IMG/VR virus record: IMGVR_UViG_3300025168_000059 | DNA: 64,000 bases | Strand: one strand, 5' to 3' | From: an uncultured virus (IMG/VR IMGVR_UViG_3300025168_000059) | Lineage: Duplodnaviria > Heunggongvirae > Uroviricota > Caudoviricetes | In this document: piece by piece, positions 19,223 through 29,360 of the stretch | Layout: each line of letters starts with the position of its first letter | How positions within the stretch are numbered: the stretch's first letter is position 1 | Made by a program: the position numbers and the translations under genes | The notes under the pieces: generated by a model | What the model was told of the DNA's origin: nothing | Seen by the model: only the letters and a program-made list of their open reading frames with translations | Databases searched by the model: none

Positions 19223-20587
19223 TTAAGCGGCATACCCATATCTAGGCGTACCCATTCTCATACCCCCCATCTGCGCAATAACATTTCTACCTAAATCATA
19301 ACCTGAGTAAGTTTTTGCTTTTAACGCTCCTGCTCTAGATGCTACTAACTGTTCTCCAAATTTCTTACGTAATTTTTTATTACTTTTAGTTGCAAATGCT
19401 TTTCTTTCAGCCTCTAACTCTTCTTCTTCTTCTCTTGCTTTTTTCCTTCCTGTAAGTCCTTGGTATAGCCCTACACCTGTTCCAATTATAGCCCCTCCTA
19501 CAGCTCCAACTACATTTCCTACACCAGGGATAACAGAACCAAGCATAGCTCCGTATCCTGCATATTCTCCAGCTTTAGATAATGTATCTCCTGTCGCCTC
19601 ACCTGCAGTCCATGTTGTAGCGTCATCATCATCTGATAATTTTTTAATTCCCTTTCCTGCAACATTTGCTGCAGCTGCATAAACATTTACATTATTTAAA
19701 GCGCTTGCTGCTGATCCTACTGCTGAAGCAGATCCAGCTGTGCTAGCAAGATTTGTAGCAGTTCCTCCAAATTGAGTTGCTGTCCCTCCAAGTCCCGTTG
19801 CTGTTTTTCCTAATTGAAATCCTTGTGATAAAGTATTACCTGCCTGCAAACCTTGTTGCCCTATCTTAGCAACGTTTGCTGAACTTTTAGCAATATCAAA
19901 TCCGCTTTTAAGATTTTTAGCAGTTTGAAATCCAGCCATAGTAGTTTTAGCTGCTTGAAATCCTTTAGCTGCTTTATTAGCTGCTCGAACTGTCTTAAAA
20001 GATTTTACAGCATCTTTAATTGATGAGCCTGCACTTTTTTGACCTTTTATAAGACCAAGACTTTGTGCACCTTCTAGCCCAGTGCTTATTGTTCCCCCTA
20101 CCATCTGAGATTTTTGTTCTTGCTCTGCAGCTTTTTGTTCTAAAGTTAGTTTGTCTTCTTCTTGCTGAGCTTCCATTTCTTGTGAATCTATATCAGCCTG
20201 TCTAGTTAAACTTTCTTTTTCGCTTTCAAAATCAGATAATCTTTGTTCTTGAATTTGAGGATTGCTTTCTTGATATACAATATTAGCGGTAGTCCCTGCA
20301 TTACCTTGGCCAGCAGAAGCTACTGTATTATCAGCATACATTCCACCTCCTTGATACATGCGTTCCATATAACCACCCTTCTTCATATATCTAGACGAAT
20401 TTCGTTTAGCTTTTTTTATCTCTTCTAAACTTTTTTTAGCGTCTGTAAATCTATTAACCTCTGAATCATATCTAGAGCGCACACCTCCAGATTGCATCAT
20501 AGATTTAATTCGTTGTGCTTGGCCTTTATGCATAGCAGAAGCTTTTAAAAGTTCTTTTGATATTTTTTTAAGTTTTTTTGTTTTCAT
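19223..20587 (-). CDS. Virion cargo/ejection protein with glycine-zipper membrane segment
   Basis: GAMLGSVIPGVGNVVGAVGGAIIGTGVG glycine zipper. Start is more likely the ATG at 20587 (MKTKK), just after the upstream stop, than 20617. Confidence 0.6.
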   Translation of the reverse strand: MKTKKLKKISKELLKASAMHKGQAQRIKSMMQSGGVRSRYDSEVNRFTDAKKSLEEIKKAKRNSSRYMKKGGYMERMYQGGGMYADNTVASAGQGNAGTTANIVYQESNPQIQEQRLSDFESEKESLTRQADIDSQEMEAQQEEDKLTLEQKAAEQEQKSQMVGGTISTGLEGAQSLGLIKGQKSAGSSIKDAVKSFKTVRAANKAAKGFQAAKTTMAGFQTAKNLKSGFDIAKSSANVAKIGQQGLQAGNTLSQGFQLGKTATGLGGTATQFGGTATNLASTAGSASAVGSAASALNNVNVYAAAANVAGKGIKKLSDDDDATTWTAGEATGDTLSKAGEYAGYGAMLGSVIPGVGNVVGAVGGAIIGTGVGLYQGLTGRKKAREEEEELEAERKAFATKSNKKLRKKFGEQLVASRAGALKAKTYSGYDLGRNVIAQMGGMRMGTPRYGYAA

Positions 20588-20588
20588 A

Positions 20589-23500
20589 TTACCTGTGTAT
20601 TTTTCTTGCACCCACATTCGTGGAATACAAATTTAGTAAATTATTTGTAACATTGTCATAAATTAATCGGATTCCTACCCATTTATCTATAAATTTTCTC
20701 TTTTTATCCCAATTCTTAGCTAAATCTATATAAGCTGCGTTTACAATCTCATTCATACCGTCTATTATAAACATGTTATTTATAGAAGAAGTTGTTATAG
20801 TTCCAGTGTTAGCTCCCCCTACAACATTAGATCCTGTAGCTGTATAATAAGCTCCTGTATCTTTTGCTAAATTAGCTAAATCTCTAAATTGATTTATTTT
20901 CCACTCATTACCAACTCGTCTTGTATTAATTAAGTATTCTATTTTATCTATGTTAGAAGGAGTTAGTAGTGTACCATCAGCAGTAGTTTGTCCTACTCCC
21001 GCTAAATCTTGCCAGTAAGACCCAATGCCTGAAATCTGCATTGTATTATATATTAAGAAGCTAGTAAAGCCATGCTCTAAAACACTAATACCTGCTTGAT
21101 TAAATGTTTCTAAAGTATAACTTATATTAGCAGTTAATGAATCTATACTTTTAGTTTCATTATGTATAAACTCAAATTCAAAAGGGTAATAGTAAGTAAC
21201 AGCTTTAAACTCCGCATCTGTATAATACCCATTTTTATTTTCTTGATAAAGTATACCGTGATTATCTTCAGCATTATGTTCCCATATTCCTAAATTACAA
21301 AGTGTAGATCCAACCCAACTAGCTGCAGGAGTCATCGGTCCAAAATTCCATCCAGGTCTTGCATATTTATCTGTTGCTGAATAAAAATTTGTAGATGTAT
21401 TAAAATAAATATAAGGCACATAGTCATGAAAACTACACCACATACCCATTTCAGGGTAATAAGATATTGTCCACCCTCCTTTTGTAAAATATTTTTCGTC
21501 ATCAAATTCAATAACTATTGTTTCTTGTATATTTGTAATTTTATTTGACGATTCTAGTGTAAATTTACATAGACTTGAACTCCAGAAAATAGAGCCCAAA
21601 GGAGGAGGAGACACATTAGGATTTGAATTTGCTATAGCTATTCCATCAATAAAAAAGTGTGTAGGATCTAAATCTCTTTTAGTTAATATAATACGTTTAT
21701 ATTTAGGGTCATAAATACTATGGAAACCTAACCCTAATATTGGATTATCAATGCACAAGTTGCTGAAACCGTAAATTTCTAATTTTGATCTTAAATTATC
21801 TCTAAACCAATCTTCTAGCCCTAAACTACTTATTTCTGATAATTCTTGCTTCATCATAAAAACTTTTTTAGATGCTACATCTACAAAAAAGTAACCATAT
21901 CTAGTAGTTAATGCTGCGTATTGAGATTGAGTCCCCGCAAACCCATCACTTGTTTGGATTATTTCGTCTGGCTCTTGTTGGAATATATCACCACTTCCTA
22001 CAAAAGCTTCACTACCATCTTTCATCTGCATAGACTGTTTACCTTTAGCTGCAAATAAACTTTCTTCCATGTGGAAATACAATAAATTATTAAAAGTAGC
22101 TAGCTTCCATAAGTCACCTCTATTTTTAGGTAAGTCTTTAAATTGATTTGCTAAAAATATTCTATAGTTATCAATTAAACTAGTAGGATCATTCTTTGTG
22201 CTTCTGTGTGTTCTTGTAGGAAAATCAGTTTGATCAAGTTGTTTTATAGGTAAAGGTATAGCTGGTCTTATGTCATTATTTTCAGAGTAATTACTGTTAT
22301 ATTTTAAATTGTCAAAATGCATAAAATCTTTTGGTCCTGAATCTCTAAGAATAGATTTAGCTACTCCTTGAGGAAAATATTGACTATCACCATCTTCTTG
22401 ATGTCTAAAGTTAATATTATCTGTACTTTCGACTATGTGATAGTGTATACCTTTTTGAGGCTCTGAAGTTAATGTTGATTGATTATGCTTAATAGATGTA
22501 GTTAGTCCATATCTACATATAAAAGTGTCTCCTCCAAATATACCTGTTTGACTTGCGTCAATTGGATTTTCATTAAAATCTCTTTGTATTGTACTTTGTA
22601 AAGTAGTTACAGAAAAATCTGCATTATAAGTATAAGTTTGTCCAGTAGGACCTTCCCAATCAAAAAGTATAGGCGCTCCATTTTCAAATATAAAATTATT
22701 TAAATCTTGACCTAACACTTCAAACCCTGTCCAAATTAATTCTTGATCATCTATAGATTTATATACATCTGTTTTAAATGCTCTTAAATTTACAATAGCT
22801 GAATTACTTCTAACTCTTCCATTACCTGTTCCAGACCAATTACCAGTATTATCTAAAGTGTTAACAAGTATAGCATCATTTAAACCACCAATACCATACT
22901 CCCCTAATATAGTATTTTGACCATCAAAAAATCCTGCATTATCTCCCCCTGTTCCCCCACCATCACCAGTACTAGATTGAGTTTGTCCTGGATAACTTAT
23001 AAGATTATTTGTAGATGTTAGAGCGTGATCATTCATTAATTTAAATACTATACAACTTTCACCAAACTCATTAAATAATTTTCCTCCAAAACCTAAAGCT
23101 TTACCTTCAAATATACTGTCTCCTAATAAATATGTTTTAGCTTTTTGCCCAATTAATCTAGGCATAGTTAAAAATGTGGGAGTAGCATAAATAGCCCCAA
23201 TAAAAATAGCTGACTTCATAAATTGAGGGTAACAATTAAATTGTGCATCCCACCCCCAAGTTTCTTCTATTTCATCAATATTTGTAGCAGCATTAGTTTT
23301 AATCCTAGTAACCATTTTTTTATCTTGCTCTAAACCAGGACCATTCCAAACTAAATTTTGTGAGTAGTATTCAATACTTATATGTGTTGCTGACGCTAAA
23401 CTATTTTTAGTTCTTAATAAATAAAAATCATGAAATGAAAATACATCCATAGCAGGCTCATCTGAAGTTATTGGACCTACAGCTAAATTACCTTCATCAT

Positions 23501-26288
23501 AAAAAGGTAGATTTGGATAATCTTGCCAATCCCTCATCCAAGGATCTAAGTTATAAAATACTTCAGGTTGATCTTGAAGTGTTGCTAAAATCTGATTAGA
23601 TTCTGCAACCTGACCTGCGGTACCAGCAGCAGCTTCTTGACACAATCCTATTTGATCTTTATGCATTAAACCTGGAATTATAGGAGACTGCCCTAATACA
23701 GTTCTATCTGCGTGTGTTCTTTTTGCATAGTATACTCTAAATCCTTGAACTTTGTCAGCTATTGATCTAGGTATTTGTACATCTTCTAGTGTAAAACCTA
23801 ATCTTTGAACTTGGTGATTAATGTCTGCATCATTATAGTCAGCTAAAGTTGAAGCCCCCGCTCCTGATGTAATTACAAATTCTATAAAACTATAATTATA
23901 ACCAAAGTCTATACAATTATGACAATATTTATCATAACCTGCTTGAAACATAGAACTCCCATTACCAGTTGTTTTTTGAGATTCTAAATAAATAGTATCA
24001 CCAGGACCTAAAGCAATTGTTTGTGCTCCACTGTTTCTCCAACTATTATAACCAACCCAATTTTGACCTGTAGTCCCACAACCACAGTCCGCATTTGCAT
24101 GCCCACAAGGACCACTAAAAGCACCACCTGTAGCATTAGAACCGTTAGTCCAATTAATATTAGGAGCATCTGTATCTGACGCTTCATTTACCCAGCCACT
24201 AGCAGCTGTGTTAGATATAAGTCTAGTAACTATATCACCATTAGGATCATTAGAACTTTTTTGTCTATGCACTACCTGCCACCTAACTGTAACAGTCATA
24301 GTTTGATCAGCTTTAAAATAGTTATTATTAAAATCCCATAGAGCCGCCTCCATAGCTGGATCATTTTGAGATCCCGCATTCGAAGGGTTACTACAGCTAG
24401 CAGGACCATTATTCCCCATATTAAATATATTCCTACTCCAATTACTACTGTTATTATACCACTCAGGATGAGCTGTGTTAGTAGTTTGTCTTTTTCCATA
24501 AATCATAACTAAAGTTCCATTCCAAGCTGGCTGTCCAGCTGTAGTTCCTATAGATCCTGTAGTTCTACACTTTCTTTCATCTGTTATAGTTTTATATTCT
24601 TCATGTCTATTTGAAGGAAAATGATGGTGTCTTACGTGATTCCCCTGTATATTATTTCCTGTATACCCAGATAAATCCCATATTTCAAAATTACTATTGT
24701 TAGGGTAAAATTCTGTATTGTTTTGCCAGTAGTTCATATTTCTATAAAGAGCTAAACTCCAATTACCAGCATTAGCGCCGGGATGACTCTTTGAATCTAA
24801 GTAGTGAAATCTTTTAGCTTGTCCTGTAGATAACAGCTCAAAGTCTGTCCATAATCCTCCATAAAGATTACCAGCTAAACTAGTTACATCTGCTAACTCA
24901 TCATCTTGAGGCTCTCTTCCCGGTATATGATAAGCATAACTCATAGAGCCATCTTTCATAATAAAAGCGATATAAAATGCATACACTTCACCCCTCATAT
25001 ATCCTTTCCGTTGAAAAGCATTAGGAGCGTATCTATATGATTCTGCAGGTTTAACAGTAATTACTCCTCCCCCAAAATTATCTACAGGAGTACTTCCCCA
25101 TCCTGTTTGAAAATTATCTACTGATGCAATGTACCTATCAAAATCATTAAATTTCCTAACTTCAGGAAGTAATTTAATATTGTTTGCATATTTTTGATAC
25201 CCTAAATCTGGTGAGCTAGTTAAATTACCTAAATACAAAACACCATCTAATTGACTAATAGTTTTTGCAGTTTCATACGATACAGTATCTATAATTATAT
25301 CTTTAACAGAGCCTGGTGTAAACCCCTCTAATCCTGTAAAAGTTATTTTTTGCTCTCCAAATACACTAGGGTTTATTTCTATATCATTTATTCTTAATGC
25401 TTCTGTAGCATCCCCCATTTTTCTAATCACAACAGGACGAATATATTTATAATTTGTATTAAAATTATTAACTTTCCAAGCAATACATTTTGTAGTTTGA
25501 CTACCATGCCTCATACCATCTTTTTTAGTGGTAGGTTTAGTAGAGTCAAATTCTTCTACAATTGATACAGGATTACTAACAGTTAAAAAATTAGTAGCTA
25601 CGTTATCTTCATCTACATATGCTAAAGCTAAATAATACACTCCAGTTAATAAACCTCCTCCAGAATTAACTGATTTTTGGAAAGGATTAAATGCCCAATA
25701 AATATCATGCAAAAATGTATGAGGCACTGGACCAGAATAAGGAAATAAATTTAATATATTTATATTGTCAATATTTGGAGATGTTATACCATACAGATCA
25801 CTAGTAGCCAAACTAGTTCTTCGCTGTCTATCTATATTAAATGCTCTAGGAGGATTTAAATCATCTGTCCAATAAACTACTAAATCTCCTTTAGAGTCTA
25901 TTTTAAAAGTACCTTCTATAGGGTGTAATTCTTGAAAATTTAAATCATTTGTTAATTTACTAGGAGGAGAAAGAAGAGGATTAAAAATTCTTTTATAGAG
26001 ACCATCTTCCCATATACCTATTTCGCTTCTAGGATTAGGAGTAGTTACAACATCTTTAAGAAAAAGAACAACCTTATCTTCATTAACTTCTATAGCTCCA
26101 ATAATTTTTTCTGTTTGCCCAGACGACTCAAAGTTTAACTGTGCATTAAGTTTTGTTCCTCCTTCATTAGAAACAGAACCTTTTTTTTCATTAATGATAG
26201 TATTCTTAGCATATCTCCAACTTCCTTCAGGTTGGTCAATATTCCCTGTATCTTTAAATAATCCTTTTATAAATCTTTTTTCTGCCAT
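20589..26288 (-). CDS. Tail stabilisation / muzzle protein (P22 gp10-like)
   Basis: 1899 aa. N-terminal FIKGLFKD..QPEGSWRYAKN...NEGG, VYWTDDLNPPR, GYMRGEVYAFYI, RHHHFPS, WTISY...WCSFHDY. Typical crAss-like position. Confidence 0.85.
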   Translation of the reverse strand: MAEKRFIKGLFKDTGNIDQPEGSWRYAKNTIINEKKGSVSNEGGTKLNAQLNFESSGQTEKIIGAIEVNEDKVVLFLKDVVTTPNPRSEIGIWEDGLYKRIFNPLLSPPSKLTNDLNFQELHPIEGTFKIDSKGDLVVYWTDDLNPPRAFNIDRQRRTSLATSDLYGITSPNIDNINILNLFPYSGPVPHTFLHDIYWAFNPFQKSVNSGGGLLTGVYYLALAYVDEDNVATNFLTVSNPVSIVEEFDSTKPTTKKDGMRHGSQTTKCIAWKVNNFNTNYKYIRPVVIRKMGDATEALRINDIEINPSVFGEQKITFTGLEGFTPGSVKDIIIDTVSYETAKTISQLDGVLYLGNLTSSPDLGYQKYANNIKLLPEVRKFNDFDRYIASVDNFQTGWGSTPVDNFGGGVITVKPAESYRYAPNAFQRKGYMRGEVYAFYIAFIMKDGSMSYAYHIPGREPQDDELADVTSLAGNLYGGLWTDFELLSTGQAKRFHYLDSKSHPGANAGNWSLALYRNMNYWQNNTEFYPNNSNFEIWDLSGYTGNNIQGNHVRHHHFPSNRHEEYKTITDERKCRTTGSIGTTAGQPAWNGTLVMIYGKRQTTNTAHPEWYNNSSNWSRNIFNMGNNGPASCSNPSNAGSQNDPAMEAALWDFNNNYFKADQTMTVTVRWQVVHRQKSSNDPNGDIVTRLISNTAASGWVNEASDTDAPNINWTNGSNATGGAFSGPCGHANADCGCGTTGQNWVGYNSWRNSGAQTIALGPGDTIYLESQKTTGNGSSMFQAGYDKYCHNCIDFGYNYSFIEFVITSGAGASTLADYNDADINHQVQRLGFTLEDVQIPRSIADKVQGFRVYYAKRTHADRTVLGQSPIIPGLMHKDQIGLCQEAAAGTAGQVAESNQILATLQDQPEVFYNLDPWMRDWQDYPNLPFYDEGNLAVGPITSDEPAMDVFSFHDFYLLRTKNSLASATHISIEYYSQNLVWNGPGLEQDKKMVTRIKTNAATNIDEIEETWGWDAQFNCYPQFMKSAIFIGAIYATPTFLTMPRLIGQKAKTYLLGDSIFEGKALGFGGKLFNEFGESCIVFKLMNDHALTSTNNLISYPGQTQSSTGDGGGTGGDNAGFFDGQNTILGEYGIGGLNDAILVNTLDNTGNWSGTGNGRVRSNSAIVNLRAFKTDVYKSIDDQELIWTGFEVLGQDLNNFIFENGAPILFDWEGPTGQTYTYNADFSVTTLQSTIQRDFNENPIDASQTGIFGGDTFICRYGLTTSIKHNQSTLTSEPQKGIHYHIVESTDNINFRHQEDGDSQYFPQGVAKSILRDSGPKDFMHFDNLKYNSNYSENNDIRPAIPLPIKQLDQTDFPTRTHRSTKNDPTSLIDNYRIFLANQFKDLPKNRGDLWKLATFNNLLYFHMEESLFAAKGKQSMQMKDGSEAFVGSGDIFQQEPDEIIQTSDGFAGTQSQYAALTTRYGYFFVDVASKKVFMMKQELSEISSLGLEDWFRDNLRSKLEIYGFSNLCIDNPILGLGFHSIYDPKYKRIILTKRDLDPTHFFIDGIAIANSNPNVSPPPLGSIFWSSSLCKFTLESSNKITNIQETIVIEFDDEKYFTKGGWTISYYPEMGMWCSFHDYVPYIYFNTSTNFYSATDKYARPGWNFGPMTPAASWVGSTLCNLGIWEHNAEDNHGILYQENKNGYYTDAEFKAVTYYYPFEFEFIHNETKSIDSLTANISYTLETFNQAGISVLEHGFTSFLIYNTMQISGIGSYWQDLAGVGQTTADGTLLTPSNIDKIEYLINTRRVGNEWKINQFRDLANLAKDTGAYYTATGSNVVGGANTGTITTSSINNMFIIDGMNEIVNAAYIDLAKNWDKKRKFIDKWVGIRLIYDNVTNNLLNLYSTNVGARKIHR

Positions 26289-27172
26289 TAGCTTCTATAT
26301 AAATCTTCTCTTGTGTTTAAATTTTCAAATCCTACATCGTGTTTATTTATGTCTGGAATTAACCTAACCCATTGATTCATAAATGATTCGTATCTATCTA
26401 TGTCTGGATAGTTAGCTGCATTTCTAGCTTGTGTACAATAATATTTCCATTGTTGTTCTGCAAAACTATAATCTATACCATTATTTTTAAAATCTGGTTT
26501 AGCCAATAATATTTTTTTGTATATGTACCAAAACATAGCTTCTGAAAAACTAATATCATCTGGTACTAAAGGATAACAATCTTCATCAATTGGAAACGCC
26601 ATGTAACTTATACATATTTTTCCACTAGAAAAAGAAGTTTTTATATAATCACAATCTACAATATATGTATCTTCAGAACTTGCGTTTTCATTAACACATC
26701 CTTCACAATGCATACTTTTATGAAAATTACTTGCTCCGTATTGTAGTGGTTGTAGTTGATTACTATTATTAAAATAAGCATTTTCAAGTACAACTATTCT
26801 ATTATTTATTTGATGCAGTATAGCTGTTGTACTATCATAAGATACACCACTATCTTTAGCACTTTTAATCTCATCTTTTAATTCAGTTACTTTAGTTATT
26901 AAACTATCTAACTCATTAGAATCTACAGCAGCAACACTGTTATTAATTGATACTTGATTAATATAATATAAGTCTGACGGCATTAATGTTTTGTGATTAC
27001 TAATATCTAAAACACATTGTTTTTGACACAGCTGTGAAGCTGCTCCAATATGCTCTAAAGCTTCTCCTATCCACTCAATAGCATCATCAATCCAATCATC
27101 ATTCTTAGGTCTTAAATCTCTAAAAATCTTCCTTATTATTGTTTTACTTGATTTTGTTTTATATACTGCCAT
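26288..27172 (-). CDS. Tail ring / tubular protein
   Basis: 294 aa. IEWIGEAL, ISYMAFPIDEDCYPLVPD and WxxYCxQA motifs. Adjacent to the muzzle gene. Confidence 0.7.
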   Translation of the reverse strand: MAVYKTKSSKTIIRKIFRDLRPKNDDWIDDAIEWIGEALEHIGAASQLCQKQCVLDISNHKTLMPSDLYYINQVSINNSVAAVDSNELDSLITKVTELKDEIKSAKDSGVSYDSTTAILHQINNRIVVLENAYFNNSNQLQPLQYGASNFHKSMHCEGCVNENASSEDTYIVDCDYIKTSFSSGKICISYMAFPIDEDCYPLVPDDISFSEAMFWYIYKKILLAKPDFKNNGIDYSFAEQQWKYYCTQARNAANYPDIDRYESFMNQWVRLIPDINKHDVGFENLNTREDLYRS

Positions 27173-27173
27173 A

Positions 27174-27650
27174 TTAATGTTTTTTAAATTTTAAATATGC
27201 TAAGTCGTCTTCTCTTAATAAATATATTAATCTTTCTTTATTTCCCTTTAATCCTCTTGTAGCGTCAAATCTATATACTGATTTATTTGGAATTTTACAT
27301 TTACCTTTTCTCCAATAGTATTTACAATAATATTCATCAGTATGATATATATGCCATTTTACTCCTTCTCCAGTTTTTATATTATATAAAGATTTTCCTT
27401 CATCTAGTAACTCTTTCTTATACTTATTACTTTCTCCCCAATCTAATCTAGGAGACCTTGGATCTCTATCTCTCCTAATTATAGATAGCGTTGAAAGATT
27501 ATTCCCCATATTAAACTCTTTACCTTCTAAGATGTAGTCAATTATCATTATATTAAATTCTTGTACTATATTATTGTAAATACTTTTATCTACATAATTT
27601 TTAGATTCTTTAATATAATCTTGATATATATCTTTTAAAGTGTAAAGCAT
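27174..27650 (-). CDS. Conserved crAss-like IHF/HU-like protein
   Basis: 158 aa. IVQEFNIMIIDYILEGKEFNMGNNLSTLSI helix-strand pattern and DWGES..K motif. Located between tail ring genes. Confidence 0.55.
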   Translation of the reverse strand: MLYTLKDIYQDYIKESKNYVDKSIYNNIVQEFNIMIIDYILEGKEFNMGNNLSTLSIIRRDRDPRSPRLDWGESNKYKKELLDEGKSLYNIKTGEGVKWHIYHTDEYYCKYYWRKGKCKIPNKSVYRFDATRGLKGNKERLIYLLREDDLAYLKFKKH

Positions 27651-27651
27651 T

Positions 27652-28056
27652 TTACAAGTCGTCTATATTAGCAATAGGCGGCTCTATAAATCCACCTGAT
27701 TTATACATCATTTTTTTCATTCCTCCCCCCATCATCTTTTTCTTACCACCATCTTTGTACATAGACATTTTCTTTTTCTTTTTTTTATGTACACCTCCGT
27801 GTTTTTTTATAGTACCTGTTTTTTTCTTTTGTAAGAAAATATCAGCTTGAGTAATTTCACCGTCTTTATTATTATCAGGAAATCCTCCTTTCTTTTTCTT
27901 TTTTAATCCTCCCATTTTATTTTTGTTTTTAATTTTACGTTCTTGTTCTAACATTTCTTTTGTTGGCGCTTTGCCACTACCTTTATTTGCTCTAATATTA
28001 TCCCAAAGACCTCGTTTTGAGTAAGAACCATCTTTTCTTTTTATCATTTTTGCCAT
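27652..28056 (-). CDS. Small Lys/Met/Gly-rich basic protein
   Basis: 134 aa. Poly-Lys runs, several xxGG motifs and an EF-hand/dockerin-like loop DNNKDGEITQAD. Confidence 0.6.
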   Translation of the reverse strand: MAKMIKRKDGSYSKRGLWDNIRANKGSGKAPTKEMLEQERKIKNKNKMGGLKKKKKGGFPDNNKDGEITQADIFLQKKKTGTIKKHGGVHKKKKKKMSMYKDGGKKKMMGGGMKKMMYKSGGFIEPPIANIDDL

Positions 28057-28058
28057 AA

Positions 28059-28751
28059 TTATTTACTTTTTTTAGCTGCTATTGTTTTATTATCTTGCAT
28101 TCTATCATTTGCTGTATCACTAAATGTCCCTGACAATAACCCTAGCTCTCCGTTTATTAATCCACTATTAATCATATTTAACATATCTAAAGGAAGTGGG
28201 TACTCTGTGTCATGATTATAACACCCCCCTTCTTCACACCCATCAAATCTAGCTATATCTTCTGGGTCTTCAAACACTCCTCGTATGTTAATTGCTTCTA
28301 ATCCTTCAGCGTTGTAAATATATATATAATCTTCAATCATATATGCTTTTAAGTTTTCAGTTGTATATTTATCATAAGGCAACCATTGAATAGTATTAGA
28401 AGGAACAAATGGAATAGTTTTTGTTCCAGTAATATCTCCAACATAAGAAATTGCTTCTTCAAAATTATACCTTATAGTTTTTGGTATGCGTTTTTTACTT
28501 CTATACACAGAACATGTTGTTGGTAAAGAGCAGCACTTAGAAGCATCTACAGGCTCTAAGTGGACACACCCTAAATCTTGCTCAAGATGCCTACTATTAA
28601 ATCCGTTTCTAGAATAATCTCTTCTAACAAACATAGCTCTATAATGCTTAATGTTAAATTTAAGCTGCTCTAAAGATATATGCTCATCTGTGGTAGATCT
28701 TCCTCCTCTAACTAAGTTTAGTAGATTATATGCAATTTCGTTTAATGTCAT
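28059..28751 (-). CDS. Tail ring / tubular protein
   Basis: 230 aa. MTLNEIAYNLLN start, YIYIYN...IRGVFEDP and YPLP motifs. Confidence 0.7.
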   Translation of the reverse strand: MTLNEIAYNLLNLVRGGRSTTDEHISLEQLKFNIKHYRAMFVRRDYSRNGFNSRHLEQDLGCVHLEPVDASKCCSLPTTCSVYRSKKRIPKTIRYNFEEAISYVGDITGTKTIPFVPSNTIQWLPYDKYTTENLKAYMIEDYIYIYNAEGLEAINIRGVFEDPEDIARFDGCEEGGCYNHDTEYPLPLDMLNMINSGLINGELGLLSGTFSDTANDRMQDNKTIAAKKSK

Positions 28752-29143
28752 TATTTTTTTCTTTTTTCAATAGACCGCCCTCCAAAATAAGCTCCTATAA
28801 CAGTAATAAGAACTAATTGTAACAAGTCTGTCCATTTAGGTTCAACTTCAAAATTTATTGTACCTGCGTCTATAAATATCATTAATACAGTACTAACAAC
28901 TAAAAATACTAGTACCATTGGTCTTACATTTTTACTAAGCCATGAATCACTGTTCATATCAGCTTTCCATCTATCGCTAATTTGTTTTTCCATTTCTATT
29001 TCATAACTAGCTACAAGTTCTTTTATTTTTCTTTCTGCTTCTAGTTTTTCTTCTTTACTTGTATGTAAATTATCTATAACTCCCCCAACACCTTTTACAA
29101 GATCGGCTGCTCCACCTGAAAATAATTTTGTTAATATACTCAT
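28751..29143 (-). CDS. Holin (3TM, GTA-holin-like)
   Basis: RWKADMNSDSWLSKNVRP and GAYFGGRSIEK signatures with two hydrophobic helices. Confidence 0.8.
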   Translation of the reverse strand: MSILTKLFSGGAADLVKGVGGVIDNLHTSKEEKLEAERKIKELVASYEIEMEKQISDRWKADMNSDSWLSKNVRPMVLVFLVVSTVLMIFIDAGTINFEVEPKWTDLLQLVLITVIGAYFGGRSIEKRKK

Positions 29144-29146
29144 AAT

Positions 29147-29359
29147 TTATTTTTTTGCAAATTTTTCTATACCACTTATACCAAAGCACCCAAGTACTAC
29201 AAATACAAAGGAATCATATACAAACTCGTTAATCATTAGATCTCTTCCTATCCAACCAGTTATAAGATCTACTATCATAATTACACACATTATTGCAAAT
29301 GCAATAAAACCTATGATAGATTTTTCATTCCAATTGTTATTGTCTTTAAATATTTCCAT
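29147..29359 (-). CDS. Small 2-TM membrane protein (holin/antiholin-like)
   Basis: 70 aa. Two TM helices and a basic C-terminus. Adjacent to the holin. Confidence 0.5.
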   Translation of the reverse strand: MEIFKDNNNWNEKSIIGFIAFAIMCVIMIVDLITGWIGRDLMINEFVYDSFVFVVLGCFGISGIEKFAKK

Positions 29360-29360
29360 T

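Noticed and set aside
20628..20635. TAAATTTG -7 box inside the 3' end of the muzzle gene
   Set aside because: It is a plausible internal promoter for the cargo genes, but it lies in coding sequence, is common in AT-rich DNA and lacks the upstream AGTG box, so it is not called.
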